From: Betaproteobacteria bacterium
GTDB taxonomy: Bacteria; Pseudomonadota; Gammaproteobacteria; Burkholderiales; SG8-41
Reading direction: 5' to 3'
Assembly: GCA_016183675.1 (NCBI GenBank)
Contig: JACPEF010000033.1
Coordinates: forward strand, 1 to 46,059
DNA length: 46,059 nt
Part shown: positions 44,525-46,059 of the stretch, piece by piece
Layout: each line of letters begins with the position of its first letter
Position numbering within the stretch: position 1 is the first letter of the stretch
The notes under the pieces: model-generated
Told to the model about the DNA's origin: nothing
The model's database searches: none
Seen by the model: only the letters and a program-made list of their open reading frames with translations
Position numbers and translations under genes: made by a program

Positions 44525-44886
44525 TCGCCACGCCTGTCGCCGCCACCCTGCCGCGCGGGGCGAGGCTGCAGCGCCGCGAGGAGTTTGGGGCGGCGCTGGC
44601 GGCCGGGGCAGCCGGGGCGCGCCGCCATTTCATCCTGTTCGCCAGGCCCAACGGCCTGTCCCAAGCGCGCATCGGCGTTATCGCCAGCAAGAAAGTGGCG
44701 GCGCACGCGGTCGACCGGAACCGGTCCAAGCGCCTGGTGCGGGAAGCATTCCGCGCCTGGCGTCATCGCCTGCGAGGCCTCGACGTGGTCGTGCAGTTGC
44801 GCCGCTGCCCGGCACGCGGAACGCAGGCGACGCTGCGGGCCGAAATCGCCAAGCTGCTGGCGGAGCTCGCAGCACACCGCGGCTAG
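44521..44886 (+). CDS. rnpA: Ribonuclease P protein component (start codon uncertain)
   Basis: The frame is open from 44362 and reads ...[20 protein letters not shown]...[43 protein letters not shown]..., ending at 44886. The track begins only at GTG 44695, which would delete the conserved N-terminal half. The 44521 boundary (CTG overlapping the rpmH stop) is provisional. Confidence 0.75.
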   Translation: MIATPVAATLPRGARLQRREEFGAALAAGAAGARRHFILFARPNGLSQARIGVIASKKVAAHAVDRNRSKRLVREAFRAWRHRLRGLDVVVQLRRCPARGTQATLRAEIAKLLAELAAHRG

Positions 44887-44916
44887 CCCGGCCTTTAGCG
44901 CCGGCGAAGCACGGCT

Positions 44917-46059
44917 ATGGACTCGCAACGGCTGATACTGTTTTTCGTCTTTTCCTTCTCGGTGTTCCTGCTGCTCGACGCCTGGCAGCGCGATCAGCCA
45001 GCCGTGCCCTCTGCGCCCGCAGCCCGCGAACAGGCTGGAAAAGCGGGCCCCGCTGACAAGGCCGCGCCGCCCGCTGTCCAGTTACCGGTCCCGAGCGAGC
45101 AGTTAATCGCAGCCCAGGGCGGGGTGCCGCAGCAAGTGCAACGCCCGAGCGAGCCGGGCGCCCTCATCCGGGTCGAGACGGATGTGCTGATCGCGCATGT
45201 GAGCACCTACGGCGGCGATCTGCGCCGGCTGCAGTTCAAGAAGCACCGCGACACGCTCGACAGGAACAAGGATTTCGTGCTGTTGGAAAACACTTCGGAC
45301 CGCACCTACGTCGCACAGTCGGGGCTGATAGGGGCGGGCCTGCCCAATCACCGCACCTTGTTTTCTGCAGCGCGCGGGAGCTTTCAACTGGCGGACGGCG
45401 AGGATCGCCTCGAGGTGCGGCTCACCGCGCCGGGGGCGGGCGAAGTGCAGGTCACCAAGGTCTATCGCTTCCAGCGCGGAAGCTACCTCGTGGACGTGCG
45501 CTTCGAACTCACCAATGGTGGTGCTGCCGCGATCGAGCCGTACGCCTATTTCCAGCTGGTGCGTGACGGCAAGGCGCCGGCGGGCGACTCGGCGATGCTG
45601 CCGACGTTCGCGGGTGTCGCCGTCTACACCGACAAAGAGAAGTTCCAGAAGCTCGCGTTCCCCGACATCGACAAAGGCAAGGGGCCGCACCCGAAGAACA
45701 GCAATGATGGCTGGATCGCCGTGCTGCAGCACTACTTCCTCGGCGCGTGGCTGCCGCGCAACGGCGGGCCGCGCGAGTTCTACACGCGGCGGCTCGACGA
45801 CGGGATGTACGCCGCCGGCACGATCGTACCCGTTGGTAGCGTGGGGCCGGGCAGCACGGGCGGGGTCGCCGTGCCGTTTTATGCCGGGCCGCAGGAGCAG
45901 GAGAAGTTGGCGCAGATTGCCCCCGGGCTCGACCTCACGGTGGACTACGGCTGGCTCACCGTGATCGCGGTGCCGCTGTTCTGGGTTCTGGCATGGCTCA
46001 ATCAATGGGTGGGCAACTGGGGCGTTGCGATCATTCTGCTGACCGTGATCATCAAGCTC
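44917..46059 (+). CDS. yidC: Membrane protein insertase YidC; 5-prime part, runs off the window
   Basis: From the ATG at 44917 it translates MDSQRLILFFVFSFSVFLLLDAWQRDQ...RVETDVLIAHVSTYGGDL...DYGWLTVIAVPLFWVLAWLNQWVGNWGVAIILLTVIIKL. It is open to the last base, and is absent from the track because there is no stop. Confidence 0.93.
   Translation, partial: MDSQRLILFFVFSFSVFLLLDAWQRDQPAVPSAPAAREQAGKAGPADKAAPPAVQLPVPSEQLIAAQGGVPQQVQRPSEPGALIRVETDVLIAHVSTYGGDLRRLQFKKHRDTLDRNKDFVLLENTSDRTYVAQSGLIGAGLPNHRTLFSAARGSFQLADGEDRLEVRLTAPGAGEVQVTKVYRFQRGSYLVDVRFELTNGGAAAIEPYAYFQLVRDGKAPAGDSAMLPTFAGVAVYTDKEKFQKLAFPDIDKGKGPHPKNSNDGWIAVLQHYFLGAWLPRNGGPREFYTRRLDDGMYAAGTIVPVGSVGPGSTGGVAVPFYAGPQEQEKLAQIAPGLDLTVDYGWLTVIAVPLFWVLAWLNQWVGNWGVAIILLTVIIKL

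Overview
High-GC chromosomal window (roughly two-thirds G+C by eye, not computed). Gene order and families point to a betaproteobacterium; this is an inference from Bug/TTT transporters, the rsmB-DUF4390-ntrY-ntrX block and the def-fmt block. The right end holds the replication-origin neighbourhood: rpmH-rnpA-yidC (+) diverging from dnaA-dnaN-gyrB (-). Moving left come topB, dprA and a LysM protein (+), then def-fmt-rsmB-DUF4390-ntrY-ntrX (-). Next is an 840-bp repeat-filled spacer, then a central-carbon block tkt-gap-pgk-pyk-fba (-), then cobW-like GTPase, amidohydrolase, cupin, tctC-tctB-tctA, a second Bug protein and an orphan carboxyltransferase (-). A small lower-GC islet follows (vapBC, a small ORF, GNAT). 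After it come a three-gene + strand block (secreted protein, GDPD phosphodiesterase, and a two-ORF frame interrupted only by one TGA) and a biotin carboxylase / carboxyltransferase / BCCP / split NDP-forming acyl-CoA synthetase cluster (-). I saw no transposase, integrase, CRISPR array, rRNA, tRNA or recognisable defence system. Four things seem most worth a second look. (1) A likely selenoprotein: an in-frame TGA in a U-x-x-C context fuses ORFs 6577-6870 and 6967-8304. (2) A pervasive set of intergenic hairpins whose arms are tandem 7-8-nt units; there are at least three sequence flavours and more than 14 loci, and they fill the spacers inside operons. (3) A GC-rich REP-like family with an exact 99-bp tandem copy and a flanking inverted-repeat pair. 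(4) Several lesions in otherwise conserved genes: a 23-bp tandem duplication frameshifting tctA, in-frame losses of about 32 codons in gap and about 40 codons in topB, and a relic duplicate gap 3-prime end. These lesions may be real decay or assembly artefacts. All functional calls rest on my reading of the translated ORFs; no database search was run.
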